A DNA stretch of 56,823 nt from Gemmatimonadota bacterium (GCA_024641745.1 JAHECL010000003.1:1-56823), one strand, 5' to 3'. Positions 1 through 9,923 are shown, counted from the first letter of the stretch. Notes: generated from the sequence alone by a model not told the origin. Numbers and translations are program-made.

Positions 1-117
1 CATGAGCGCCACCTGCCCGGGCGGCTCCGCTGGTCGATGGACGATCCACCGGGCCCCCTGGCCGACGAGGCCCAGCAGGAGCAGCAGCAGGATGGCCCGT
101 CGTTCGGTCGGCTCCAT
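1..117 (-). CDS. N-terminus of a membrane-anchored protein, possibly ComEA-like helix-hairpin-helix protein (truncated by window edge)
   Basis: ATG at 117 gives MEPTERRAILLLLLLGLVGQGARWIVHRPAEPPGQVALM. The ERR-hydrophobic N-terminus resembles ComEA-type anchors, but the diagnostic HhH domain is outside the window. Confidence 0.4.
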   Translation of the reverse strand, partial: MEPTERRAILLLLLLGLVGQGARWIVHRPAEPPGQVALM

Positions 118-193
118 GCCGGATGATGCCGTGGGAGTGCCGTGCCTCCCTGACCGTTCCAGCGCGCGCAGGAACCGTCCAGCGCGCCCCGGC

Positions 194-1096
194 CTACCGC
201 TCGGAGTTCGCCACCAGGGCCAGGGCCACCTCGCCGACGGCCTGCAGGCTCTGGGCGCTCACCTTGTCCGGCGTGTCGTCGGGGGTATGCCAGTAGAGGT
301 AATCGAAGTCCACCACGTCGATGGCCCGGATGCCGATCGCCTGGAGGGAAATATGGTCGTCGGTGATGGTGTGCCTGGGCACGGGGATGAACAGGTTGCC
401 GTGCCCCGCCTTCTTCGCCACCGACCAGACCAGGTCCACGACCTCGGGGGCGCCGGTGAGGGAATTCCCCTCCTGGTAGATCTGCAGGTCCCTGTCGCCC
501 ACCATGTCGAAGAGCACGGCATAGAGCGGCAGGGCGCCGACAGGCAGGTGCGCGGCATAGTACTTCGACCCGATCAGGACATCGTTCTCGTCGGCGAAGA
601 CGCCGTAGTCCTCCCCGTCCACGAAGAGCAGGTCCACGCCGAAGGAGGTGGGGACCGCGCGCAGCGCGGCGGCGACCCCCAGCAGGACGGCGACGCCTGA
701 CGCGCCGTCGTTGGCGCCCGGCACCGGGGCAGCGCTGTCCCGGCTCGCCGGGCCGTCCGAGATGGGACGGGTATCCCAGTGGGCCAGGAAGAGGAGGCGC
801 TCCCCGGCCATGGGGTTGAACTTGGCCACGAAGTTGACCAGCGGCAGGGAATCCCCCGCCCCCGTCACGTGCGTCCACCGCTGGACGACGAGGGTGTCCG
901 CAAGCGGCCGGAGCAGGCTGTCGAGCCAGGCCGCCTCGGCGGCGTGGCCGGCGGTGCCGGGAATCCGCGGCCCGAAGCCCACCTGGGTCTCGACGGCACG
1001 GTAGGCGGCCGCGCCATCGAACGGCCGGGCCGGGCCGGCCGCCTCACAGGCCGCCAGCAGGGCGAGCCCCAGGTACACGGTGCGCGAACGGCGCAT
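194..1096 (-). CDS. M28-family zinc lipoprotein, probable glutaminyl-peptide cyclotransferase (glutaminyl cyclase)
   Basis: Start MRRSRTVYLGLALLAAC (lipobox) overlaps the sprA stop (ATGA). Motifs AHWDTRP, GANDGASG, DGEDYG, DMVG, ITDDH and WHT are typical of Bacteroidota/animal-type QC. Confidence 0.8.
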   Translation of the reverse strand: MRRSRTVYLGLALLAACEAAGPARPFDGAAAYRAVETQVGFGPRIPGTAGHAAEAAWLDSLLRPLADTLVVQRWTHVTGAGDSLPLVNFVAKFNPMAGERLLFLAHWDTRPISDGPASRDSAAPVPGANDGASGVAVLLGVAAALRAVPTSFGVDLLFVDGEDYGVFADENDVLIGSKYYAAHLPVGALPLYAVLFDMVGDRDLQIYQEGNSLTGAPEVVDLVWSVAKKAGHGNLFIPVPRHTITDDHISLQAIGIRAIDVVDFDYLYWHTPDDTPDKVSAQSLQAVGEVALALVANSER

Positions 1097-4000
1097 CAAT
1101 AATCTCCGGAGAAGAGGGAGAGCTGGAAGGTCAGGCTGATGGTGATCTGCTCCGTCTTCCGGTTCAGCTGACGCACGTCGTTCACGACATAGGCCCCCTG
1201 CAGGCCGCCGGTCAGGATGGTGAAGATGTCGGTGTCCACACCGGCCCGGAGCGTCTGCCGCCGCACGTCGGACACGCCCAGGCAGGTATCCTCGCCAGGC
1301 AGTTCGAGACAGGACTCGGACTGGCTGGTCAGGCCGTTGATCGACACCCGGACCTGGCGGCGCGTGCTGCGGGTGCTGCCCCCCATCCGGAAGAGGTAGA
1401 CCAGGTTGGCAGTGATGTCGGTGCCGTTTCCGAGGGAGGTGGTGCCGTTGCTCTGGCGCTGGTCGCTGGTGGTGCCGTACCCCAGGCTGAGGCTGATCCC
1501 GTTCCGGAAGGTCAGCTGGAGGTCGTTGGTCCAGGTGGATGTCTCGGTCAGGGAGACGGCCGACGTCGTCGAGGACGGGAGCGTGGTCTGGCCCGATCGC
1601 TGGCGGACGTTGGTCGACAGGCTGATGACGGTCAGCGGCCCGTTGCGCAGCGTCTGGGTCCACCGCGCCTGGACGATCGGCCATTCCGTCTGGGAGGTCT
1701 GGGACAGCAGGAAGCCGTTGCTGGCCCGGGTGTACCGGTCGGTTTCGGAGGAGGTGTACTGCAGCCCGGCGGTGATCCCGAACGGGAGGTCGACCCCGCC
1801 GCCAAGGGTCAGGCTGTTCATCTCGCCGGCGCTCAGCGACGAGTCCGTCCCCTGTACCAGGAAGTCGTCCAGGCTGCCGCGCGCGAGCATGTAGGCGAGA
1901 TCCGGCGAGAAGGTGGCCAGGTCATAGGTGGAGAACCGCTGCGTCCGGTAGACCACGTCCAGCACCCGGATCCCCTGGAGGATGCGCGCGGTCAGGCCGG
2001 AGTCGGTCATCAGCTGGCGGAACCCTCGCGAGGGGTCGAGGGTGACCCCGATCTCCCGTGATCGGTTGTTGTTGAGGGTCTGCGGCAGGATGTAGCCCCC
2101 GCTGTCCCCGAAGGCCTGCACCGGCTGGCGGCTGGTCAGGCTGCGCGACAGCACGAAATTGCTGAAGGTGTTCAGCCGGAAGCGGAGCCAGGAGGTCAGG
2201 CGCGGGTTGAGGGTAATCGCGGAGGAGACTGTCCGGTCCCGCTCGACGCCGACGTCCATCCCGAGAAAGTCCTGCCGCGAGGCGCCTACCAGGCGCCCGA
2301 TCGAGGTCGAGTCCTCGTACTCCCGAAGGTCGCGCGTGCTCGCGACGTCGCCGCTCAGGATCAGCATGCCGATCGGCTGCCAGGTGAGCCCGCCCGAGTT
2401 CCGCCAGAGCTGGCTGAGGGAGACGGCGGGGGTCAGCGCCGCGTCGCCGGGCCGGACCACGGGGACCAGGTAGCCGGTGAAGTCGCTCTGGTTCTGGCTC
2501 AGCTGGCTGGTCAGCCGGATGCTGGTCGGGGCCAGGCCGAGCTTGGTGGTGCGCGCCGCCTTCAGCCCCTCGCTGCGCGACACCCAGTCGGGCAGCTGGT
2601 CCACCGCGCCACCGAGCGAAATCTCGGGACCGAACCGCGGAAGGGCCAGCAGGTAATTCAGGGTGAAGACGCTCGACGAGGAGGTGCCGGAGGACAACTC
2701 GGTCTGGCTCTGTCCGCTCACGACCGCCCCCGAGAACGCGAGCGGATCGAGGAGCCCCTTCTCGACCCAGGTGGTGCCGCGCTTGCTCCGCCGCAGGGCG
2801 AAGTTGAACTGGGTGGACGAACTGGACGGCTGGCGCAGGTTTGCAATGTCTGAGGCGAGGATGTCGGTGCCGCCGATCAGGATCGGCGCGACGCTGGTCC
2901 GGGTGTGGCTGATCGAGAACGGGATGGCCAGCCCGAGCGAGGCCGGCAGGAACCGGTCCACCCGCCAGTTGGAGCCGATGACGAGCGCCCCCGACGTGCG
3001 GTAGGTCGGGTTGCGCCCGATCTGCTGGAAGTAGCCGTCCTGCCGGACGTAGTTGATGGCAAAGTCGGCGACATCCGAAGCCTGGAGGCGCGCGTCGATG
3101 GCCAGCGACCCGCCCGACTCGGTGAGCGGCGCGTCGAGGCGGATGTCGTCCACCCAGAGCTCGACGGTGGTCAGCGTCTCGGTATTGGCCCGGCGGTAAA
3201 TGCCGGCGGCGAGTTCCTGCGCCGCCGCCAGGTTGGGGGGATTCACCCCCGGGTCGGCCACCTGCACGACGTACGGTCCCTCGCAGGCCACGTACGCCAG
3301 CGGGTCGCCGATGCCGCACGCCGCCGCCCCGTCCGGCGGCAGCCCCTGCAGCCAGCGCTGCTCGATGTCGGCGCGGAGCTGCCGCCAGACCGGAATGCTG
3401 ATCACCGCCTCGGGGTTCCAGTCGGTGCTGCTGGCGGGGACGATGTACATGTAGAAATTGCGCTCGTCGCTGCCGACCTTGAAGTAGGCGTTGAGGTCCC
3501 CGCTGGCCCACCCGTCGCCCCGCCCCTTGAACCAGACCTGGATTTCCCCGTACTTCAGCAGGTTCTGGGGGCCGGACGGAAAGCGCTGGTAGGCCTCGGC
3601 CCGTTCGTCGACGTCGAGCGCGGTCGCGACGACACGGAGCGACTTCTCGTTGATCTGGATCCCCTGCACCGTCTGCCCGTTGTCGTTCCGCGCCGGCTCG
3701 TTGACCACGCCCGGCGGGCTGGTGTAGCCGAGGGCCACGTCCTCGGTCGAGATGACGGCGGCAAACATCGTCCCGGTCGGGCTGGCCACCGAGCCGCCGA
3801 TCCCCAGCAGGGGAGTGTCGGCGCGGCGCACCCACGGCGCCCCGGTGAAGCGCGCCCGGGCCAGGGCGAATCGCGCCACGACGTCGCTGGGATCGGGGCC
3901 GTCCGGGGCCACGATGGTGACGCGGAGGTTCTGCACCAGTCGGAGGTTCGGGGTGCCGATGGTGTACTCGGGCAGCCGCATCGGCACCCGGTAGAGGGTC

Positions 4001-7000
4001 CAGGTCGAGGTCTGCCCGTCGGTGTTGGTGGAGGTGGCACCGGTGCGGACGTAGTACTGCGACAGCTCGTTGGGGGTGACGACCCAGCGCAGCACGTTGT
4101 CGTTGGCGCCCTGGGCGTTGAGGCGGTTGTCCCCGTTCAGGTCTTCCGTGTCCAGGAAGCCGTTCCCGACGGTGCAGTGGCTGCTCAGGTCTCCCCACGG
4201 ATAGATCGGCACCGAGGAGGAGAGGATGTCGGCGCAGGTCTGCACGTCGGTCTGGATGAGCCCGTTGACGCTCATGGAGTCCACCCGGTCGAGCAGGATC
4301 CCGATGTCGTCCACCGAGGCGTTGAAGATGCCGCTGGCCTGGCGTTCGCTGTCCAGCACGTCGACCCCGGTGTAGCGCCGCCCGGTGTACAGGCTGTCCG
4401 CCCCGGTGACGGTCAGGCTGTCCGGCGCGATGGCGAGGGCGTCCTCGCTCACCGAGCCGAGGTCCACGATGAGCTGGACGCCGGCGGCGTCCGCCGTCTT
4501 GTCGCCGCCCTGGAACACCCAGAATTCCAGGTACTCCGACCGGGAGAGGTCGACCCCGCTCTGTGACAGCGGGGTGACGAGCGACCGCCAGCGCGGGGTG
4601 AAGGGCTGCGCCGGCAGGCTCCACAGGGAACTGTTGTTGGTCTGGACCATGCCGCCGGCGGTGTCGGCGTGGAAGGTGAGGTAGAGCACCGTCTCGTTCA
4701 GGCTGCCCTGCCCGTTCGTGATGATGGTCGGGTCGATGTCCTGCGGCTGCAGCTCGATCGGCGACCCACTCGGCCCGGGCACGAGGTTCTGCCAGCTGAG
4801 CTGCACCGCCCAGAGCGAGTCGAAGCCGCCCGCAAATCCCAGCGCCTCCACCCCCAGCGTGGACTGCGGCACGCTGCTGTACTCCCAGCGCGAGGTGAGC
4901 ATGCTCACCGGGATGGACGACTCTCCCTCGAAGTCCTCGAGGTAGGCCTGCCCGAGCAGGTTGGGGTCGGGGTGGGTGACGCCGTACTCCGCCCGGATGT
5001 CCAGCTGCGACGGCGCAGTCACCGACTGGGTGGTGAGCTGGTCGAAGAACCGGGTGACCCCGGACGGCCGGAAGCGAAGGTCCGTCGTGATGCCCAGGAG
5101 CAGGTTGGACGTCGGCTCGAACCCGAGCGTGGGCCGGGTGAACACCGACTGCTCCTTCTGGTACATCCCGATCAGGTTGACGGATCCCACCTCGCCGAGC
5201 GAGTAGCCGAGGGTGCCGCCGAGGATCGAGGTGGGCGCCACCGCGAAGATCCCCCGCTCCTCGAACCGGGCGTTGATCGTGCCGGTGCCGGAGGGAAAGA
5301 GCGCGGTGGGGTTGGTGAAGGTGACCTGCCCCAGGTCGTAGTTGATCTCGTAGTCGACGCCGCGCTCCAGCACCCGGCCGCCCGCGGTCAGCTGCTCGGA
5401 GCCGCGGCGGATCTGGAGGGCGTTCAGGTTGAGGCTCCCCGGGTCGTCCCCCCCGGCGGCCCGGTACTCGAGGCGCATCTGGAACCGGGACGGCGGGCCC
5501 TGCGGTGTCGTGATCAGGTAGGCCGGGGAAGTGTACACCGAGTCGGCCCGTTCATTCGGCTGCAGCCGCGGATCGACGAAGGGTCGCAGGGAGGGGTAGG
5601 CGATGTACGACTCGCGGAGCACGAGGTCGGCGCCGGGATCCCGCTGCCGGGGAAAGAGACGGTTGTCGAGGTCGAACACATTCGGGTCGGGAGGGATCGC
5701 CAGGCCGAAGAAGGCGAGGTAGGTCTGCGCGTTGTCGCTGGAGGGCCGCTCGGACTGGTTGAGCGTCACCGTCACCTTCAGGGAGCGCTTGTCGAGGTCG
5801 GTGCCGGACACCCGGTACACCTGCCGCATCTCGTGCCGGAAGGTCTGCTGGGTCGGGCCCTGCAGGGGGATGGCCACCAGCAGCAGGCTGTCGGTCACCG
5901 CCGGGTCCTCGGCGGCGGGGAAGGTGCCCACCCGGGTCCCGTTCAGGGTCACGTAGCTGACCGCGAGGTAATCGTTCTGGTCCAGCTTGGTGGCCAGGGC
6001 GAACCAGAGCCCCGACGGGTCGAGGTAATAGTCCGATCCCTGCAGGAGGAGCTGCCAGGTGCCTTCCACCCGCTCCGGCCCGTCGGGACGGAACCCGAGG
6101 GCGGTGATGCCCCCCAGGTTGGGATTCAGCCCGCTTCCCACTCCGGTCCGGTAGCGATAGACCCGGACCTGGCCGTCGGCCGGCTGGATGGCCGGCGGAA
6201 TGGCCACCTGGTCGAGGTTGAGGATGTCGACGAAGGGAAAGTTGGGCAGCGGCGCCGGATCGACCGCCCAGAAGAAGCGGCCGGACTCGAAATCGACGTC
6301 GCGGACCAGGCGGTCCTGCGGCTCACTGGTCGTGGCCCCGACGGTGTACACCCGCTGTCCGACCACGCTGCCTTCCTGGGTGGCCATCATCGCCTGGATG
6401 GTGAACGGCCCGAACTCGAGGGTCGCGTTCAGGCCGAAGTTGTTCGCGGGAATGGCGGTCGTCAGGAAGCGGGAGGGCGGCGTCCGGAACGAGACCGTTC
6501 CGACTTCCACCCGGCGCACGATCTCGTCCTGGAGCCCCTCGTAATAGACCTGGACGTCGTTGTTGGCGTTGAACTCGCGGCGGGAATCGTAGTCGATGTT
6601 CACGTGCAGCCGGCTCCCGATGAGCCCGCCGACCTTGGCGTTGAATTCGTTCTCCAGCCGCGGCGTCTTGAATCCGCCCCGGCACCCCGAGTTCTGGTCG
6701 AGCAGCTGGGCGGGGGTGCACCGGAGGTTCTTGACCCGGTCCGACCGGATGTCGAGGAAGGCCGAGCCGTCGATGTGCAGATCGGCGTATTTTGTGGGGA
6801 TGCCGAGCAGGGTCTGGCGTTCCGCCTGGTTCGCCTCGCTCAGCTGCACCTGCAGGTTATTGGCCCCATAGATGGCGGCCAGCGTCTGGGACGACTGCCA
6901 CGCCGCGCGCTCCCGGGTCAGGCGGCGGTCGAGTTGCGCCTGCCAGGCCACCCCGGCCTGCGTCGCGCTCACGGAGGGCGCCCCGAGCCAGGCGGCCCGG

Positions 7001-7143
7001 GCCGCCGCCGGTTGCCGAAGCGTCGGCAGCGGTACATTAAAGCTGGGTCGCACACCCACGCCGCCCTCCGGGACGCCCTGGGCGGACGCCACGGCAGGAA
7101 TGATTGACAGCAGGAACCCGAAGGCAAGAGCGAGACGGGCCAC
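1096..7143 (-). CDS. sprA: SprA/Sov-family T9SS outer-membrane translocon, 2015 aa
   Basis: Signal peptide. SprA-like segments VNIDYDSRREF..YEGLQDEIVRRVEVG.V.F, LERGVDYEINYDLGQV, AYLEDFEG, YLEFWV, DTEDLNGD and LWVDDIRL. Long amphipathic beta-strand C-terminal region. Confidence 0.88.
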   Translation of the reverse strand: MARLALAFGFLLSIIPAVASAQGVPEGGVGVRPSFNVPLPTLRQPAAARAAWLGAPSVSATQAGVAWQAQLDRRLTRERAAWQSSQTLAAIYGANNLQVQLSEANQAERQTLLGIPTKYADLHIDGSAFLDIRSDRVKNLRCTPAQLLDQNSGCRGGFKTPRLENEFNAKVGGLIGSRLHVNIDYDSRREFNANNDVQVYYEGLQDEIVRRVEVGTVSFRTPPSRFLTTAIPANNFGLNATLEFGPFTIQAMMATQEGSVVGQRVYTVGATTSEPQDRLVRDVDFESGRFFWAVDPAPLPNFPFVDILNLDQVAIPPAIQPADGQVRVYRYRTGVGSGLNPNLGGITALGFRPDGPERVEGTWQLLLQGSDYYLDPSGLWFALATKLDQNDYLAVSYVTLNGTRVGTFPAAEDPAVTDSLLLVAIPLQGPTQQTFRHEMRQVYRVSGTDLDKRSLKVTVTLNQSERPSSDNAQTYLAFFGLAIPPDPNVFDLDNRLFPRQRDPGADLVLRESYIAYPSLRPFVDPRLQPNERADSVYTSPAYLITTPQGPPSRFQMRLEYRAAGGDDPGSLNLNALQIRRGSEQLTAGGRVLERGVDYEINYDLGQVTFTNPTALFPSGTGTINARFEERGIFAVAPTSILGGTLGYSLGEVGSVNLIGMYQKEQSVFTRPTLGFEPTSNLLLGITTDLRFRPSGVTRFFDQLTTQSVTAPSQLDIRAEYGVTHPDPNLLGQAYLEDFEGESSIPVSMLTSRWEYSSVPQSTLGVEALGFAGGFDSLWAVQLSWQNLVPGPSGSPIELQPQDIDPTIITNGQGSLNETVLYLTFHADTAGGMVQTNNSSLWSLPAQPFTPRWRSLVTPLSQSGVDLSRSEYLEFWVFQGGDKTADAAGVQLIVDLGSVSEDALAIAPDSLTVTGADSLYTGRRYTGVDVLDSERQASGIFNASVDDIGILLDRVDSMSVNGLIQTDVQTCADILSSSVPIYPWGDLSSHCTVGNGFLDTEDLNGDNRLNAQGANDNVLRWVVTPNELSQYYVRTGATSTNTDGQTSTWTLYRVPMRLPEYTIGTPNLRLVQNLRVTIVAPDGPDPSDVVARFALARARFTGAPWVRRADTPLLGIGGSVASPTGTMFAAVISTEDVALGYTSPPGVVNEPARNDNGQTVQGIQINEKSLRVVATALDVDERAEAYQRFPSGPQNLLKYGEIQVWFKGRGDGWASGDLNAYFKVGSDERNFYMYIVPASSTDWNPEAVISIPVWRQLRADIEQRWLQGLPPDGAAACGIGDPLAYVACEGPYVVQVADPGVNPPNLAAAQELAAGIYRRANTETLTTVELWVDDIRLDAPLTESGGSLAIDARLQASDVADFAINYVRQDGYFQQIGRNPTYRTSGALVIGSNWRVDRFLPASLGLAIPFSISHTRTSVAPILIGGTDILASDIANLRQPSSSSTQFNFALRRSKRGTTWVEKGLLDPLAFSGAVVSGQSQTELSSGTSSSSVFTLNYLLALPRFGPEISLGGAVDQLPDWVSRSEGLKAARTTKLGLAPTSIRLTSQLSQNQSDFTGYLVPVVRPGDAALTPAVSLSQLWRNSGGLTWQPIGMLILSGDVASTRDLREYEDSTSIGRLVGASRQDFLGMDVGVERDRTVSSAITLNPRLTSWLRFRLNTFSNFVLSRSLTSRQPVQAFGDSGGYILPQTLNNNRSREIGVTLDPSRGFRQLMTDSGLTARILQGIRVLDVVYRTQRFSTYDLATFSPDLAYMLARGSLDDFLVQGTDSSLSAGEMNSLTLGGGVDLPFGITAGLQYTSSETDRYTRASNGFLLSQTSQTEWPIVQARWTQTLRNGPLTVISLSTNVRQRSGQTTLPSSTTSAVSLTETSTWTNDLQLTFRNGISLSLGYGTTSDQRQSNGTTSLGNGTDITANLVYLFRMGGSTRSTRRQVRVSINGLTSQSESCLELPGEDTCLGVSDVRRQTLRAGVDTDIFTILTGGLQGAYVVNDVRQLNRKTEQITISLTFQLSLFSGDY

Positions 7144-7187
7144 GCGTGTCCGGGAAGAGAGAGGCGAGAGTGGAGAGGGACCACCGC

Positions 7188-7216
7188 AATATAGCGCCCG
7201 AAAAAATCCGGTTCAA
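7188..7216 (-). promoter_or_regulatory. sigma70-type promoter for sprA
   Basis: Minus strand TTGAAC-17bp-TATATT, 45 bp upstream of the sprA GTG. Confidence 0.6.
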
Positions 7217-7231
7217 CCACCGGGACGCCCT

Positions 7232-8815
7232 GTGCGCCTGCTGAGCCGATACGTCCTCACGCAGCTGGCCGCCCCGTTCGTCTTCGCGATGGCGGCCCTG
7301 ACGAGCATCATGCTCCTCAACCAGATCGCGCAGCGGTTCGGCGACCTGGTGGGCAAGGGGCTCGAGTGGAGCCTGATCGGGGAGGTCTTCCTCCTCAGCC
7401 TGCCCTTCATCGTGGCGATGACGCTGCCGATGGCCGTCCTGCTGGCCGTGCTCTACGCCTTCACCACGCTCGCCTCCAGCAACGAAATCACCGCGATGCG
7501 GGCCAGCGGCATCTCCATCGGGCGGCTGCTCCGCCCGGTCTTCCTGGCGGCGATGCTCCTGACCGTCGTGGACTTCCTCTTCGTGGACCAGGGGCTCCCC
7601 GCCGCCAACCTCCGGCTCAAGGCCCTCATCTTCGACATCGGCCGCAAGCGGCCGACGCTCAACCTGCGCGAGCAGGCGCTGAACGAAGTCCCGCCGTCGA
7701 ACCTCTTCCTCCGGGCGGGACGCATCGACCCTGCCGACGGCCGGCTCCGCGACGTCACCCTCTACGACATGTCGGGCACGCAGGGCCGGCAGGTCATCTA
7801 TGCCGACAGCGGGCAGATGGGCTTCGAACCCAACCTGAAGGACCTCTACCTGACGCTGCACAGCGGGTCCATCCTGCAGTTCAAGTCGTCGGACGCCGGA
7901 CTCATGCAGCTGACGTACTTCACGGTCAACACCATCCGCGTCCGGAACGTGGGCAGCACCCTCGAGCGCTCCTTCGACGACACCCCCAAGGGCGACCGGG
8001 AAATGACCACCTGCGAGATGCTCGTGGCGGCGTCGGACACGACCGCCGCCCTCGAGCAGATGGAGCGGCGGCGCGCCGGCCTGCTCGAGGACGACCTGCG
8101 CAGCCTCCTCGCCCTGCCCCGCGCCCCCCGCCCTGACACCACCCGCGCGTCGGTGATCCCGTGGTGTGCCCGGCTGCGCGGCGTCGGGGACCGGCTGCTC
8201 CCGGAGACGGCCGAGGCGCAACCGCAGGCACAGGACACCAGCCGGCTGGGACGGCTGAAGCGGCAGCGGCAGGAGCGGCGCCAGGCGGCGCCCCCGCGCG
8301 CGGCCGATGGACGCACGAGCCCCGGCGCGGCCGTGCCCCGACCGGTCCCGACCGGGGGACCGGAGGACGACGACCGGGTGCGCCGGGTGTCCCTCAGCTC
8401 GTGGGTGGACGTGGCCAACAGCGCCGAGGACATCAAGGGGGCGCGCCATGTCGCCAACGTCTTCCTGGTCGAGGTCCACAAGAAGTACGCGATCACCGTG
8501 GCCTGCCTCGTGTTCGTGCTGGTGGGCATTCCCCTCGCCCTCCGCTTTCCGCGGGGCGGCATGGGCCTGGTGCTCGGCGGAGGCCTCGGGATCTTCGCGT
8601 TGTACTACATCAGCCTCACCGCGGGGGAGCCGCTGGCCGATGCCGGCATCCTCCCCCCTGCGGTGGTGATGTGGGCGCCCAACGTGGTCTTCACCGTGGT
8701 GGGGGTGGTGGGCCTCCTCCGGGTCAACCGCGAGCTGGGCTCGACCCGCGGCGGTGACATTGCGGAACTGGCCGACCTCCTGCGGCGCCGCCTGGCGCGC
8801 TGGCGGGCCCGCTGA
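7232..8815 (+). CDS. lptF: LPS export ABC permease LptF (with long periplasmic insertion)
   Basis: GTG start VRLLSRYVL. Motifs LPMAVLLA, NEITAMRASGIS and EVHKKYA..LVGIPLA. 3+3 TM layout, paired with lptG. Confidence 0.88.
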   Translation: MRLLSRYVLTQLAAPFVFAMAALTSIMLLNQIAQRFGDLVGKGLEWSLIGEVFLLSLPFIVAMTLPMAVLLAVLYAFTTLASSNEITAMRASGISIGRLLRPVFLAAMLLTVVDFLFVDQGLPAANLRLKALIFDIGRKRPTLNLREQALNEVPPSNLFLRAGRIDPADGRLRDVTLYDMSGTQGRQVIYADSGQMGFEPNLKDLYLTLHSGSILQFKSSDAGLMQLTYFTVNTIRVRNVGSTLERSFDDTPKGDREMTTCEMLVAASDTTAALEQMERRRAGLLEDDLRSLLALPRAPRPDTTRASVIPWCARLRGVGDRLLPETAEAQPQAQDTSRLGRLKRQRQERRQAAPPRAADGRTSPGAAVPRPVPTGGPEDDDRVRRVSLSSWVDVANSAEDIKGARHVANVFLVEVHKKYAITVACLVFVLVGIPLALRFPRGGMGLVLGGGLGIFALYYISLTAGEPLADAGILPPAVVMWAPNVVFTVVGVVGLLRVNRELGSTRGGDIAELADLLRRRLARWRAR

Positions 8816-9897
8816 TGCGACTGACCCTCCTCGACCGATATGTGCTCCGCACCTGGGTGCGGATCTTCGTGCTCACGGCGCTGGGGTTCCCGCTGGTCGC
8901 GATCCTGATCAAGATCACGGATGGCACCCGGGCGCTGCTCGCCCGGGGGCTCACCATTCCCGAGATCCTGGTCAGCTTTGCCTACCTGATCCCGGAACAG
9001 GTGGCAGAGGTGATGCCGGCGGCGGTCTTCTTCGCGACGGTCTTCACCCTCGGCGCCATGAGTCGCAACAGCGAGATCATCGCCACCCAGGCGGGCGGCT
9101 GGAGTTTCCACCGGCTGGCCCGGCCGATCTTCCTGGCCGCGGCCGCCGCGGCCGCAGTCGCGTTCCTGGTGGGCGAGACCTCCGTGGAGACCACCGCCCG
9201 CTCGCTGGAGCTCCAGAAGTCGCGCGCCGTCCGGCCGACGGCGTACCGGTACAACTTCGTCTACCGGGCCGACGGCAACTGGGTGTACACCATCCGCACG
9301 CTGGACGTGGCGAACCGGGTGCTCCGCGACCCGGTCTTCCTCCGGGAGGGGAATGGCGCGGCCTATCCCGACCTGGCCGTGAGCGCCGACAGCGCCACCT
9401 ACGACACCACCGCCGCCCGGTGGCGGCTGTGGGGCGGCGCGAGCCGCATCGTCTTCGGCGGGCTGTCGCAGCCGGTGTTCGAGGCGGAGGAGATTCGCCT
9501 GGGGGCGCTGACCCAGTCGCCCGCGCAGCTGCTGGCGGCCTCGAAGGCGCCGGCGGAGATGCGCTACGCCGAGCTGGGGCAGTACATCGAGGCGCTGCGG
9601 CGGTCCGGCAACGACGTCAACAAGCTGGTGGTGGAACGCGCGCTCAAGATCGCCATCCCGGTCACCTGCCTGATCATCGCCCTCTTCGGGGCACCGCTCA
9701 GCCTCAGCTCCCCCCGGGCGGGGCCCGCCTTCGGGATCGCGCTCAGCCTGGCCACCACGGTGCTCTTCCTCCTGATCATCAACCTGGCCAAGGCGGTCGG
9801 GGCAGGGGGGGTGGTGGCCCCGAAGCTGGCGGCCTGGCTGCCGAACGCGGTGTTCCTGGTCGGGGCGGTCGTGCTCCTGCGGCGGGTCCGCACCTAG
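8815..9897 (+). CDS. lptG: LPS export ABC permease LptG
   Basis: LLDRYVL, NSEIIATQAGG and AAWLPN motifs. TGATG coupling to lptF. Confidence 0.88.
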   Translation: MRLTLLDRYVLRTWVRIFVLTALGFPLVAILIKITDGTRALLARGLTIPEILVSFAYLIPEQVAEVMPAAVFFATVFTLGAMSRNSEIIATQAGGWSFHRLARPIFLAAAAAAAVAFLVGETSVETTARSLELQKSRAVRPTAYRYNFVYRADGNWVYTIRTLDVANRVLRDPVFLREGNGAAYPDLAVSADSATYDTTAARWRLWGGASRIVFGGLSQPVFEAEEIRLGALTQSPAQLLAASKAPAEMRYAELGQYIEALRRSGNDVNKLVVERALKIAIPVTCLIIALFGAPLSLSSPRAGPAFGIALSLATTVLFLLIINLAKAVGAGGVVAPKLAAWLPNAVFLVGAVVLLRRVRT

Positions 9898-9923
9898 CCG
9901 GCGGGACGGGCTCCTGCACGCGA

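Noticed and set aside
1922-7107. Long alternative-frame and antisense ORFs over sprA (900, 553, 812 aa), and likewise over the TBDTs (10572-13142, 26867-30199), acs, kup and the M16 gene
   Set aside because: They are Arg/Gly/Pro/His-rich shadows expected from high GC3, have no motifs, and fully overlap well-supported genes.
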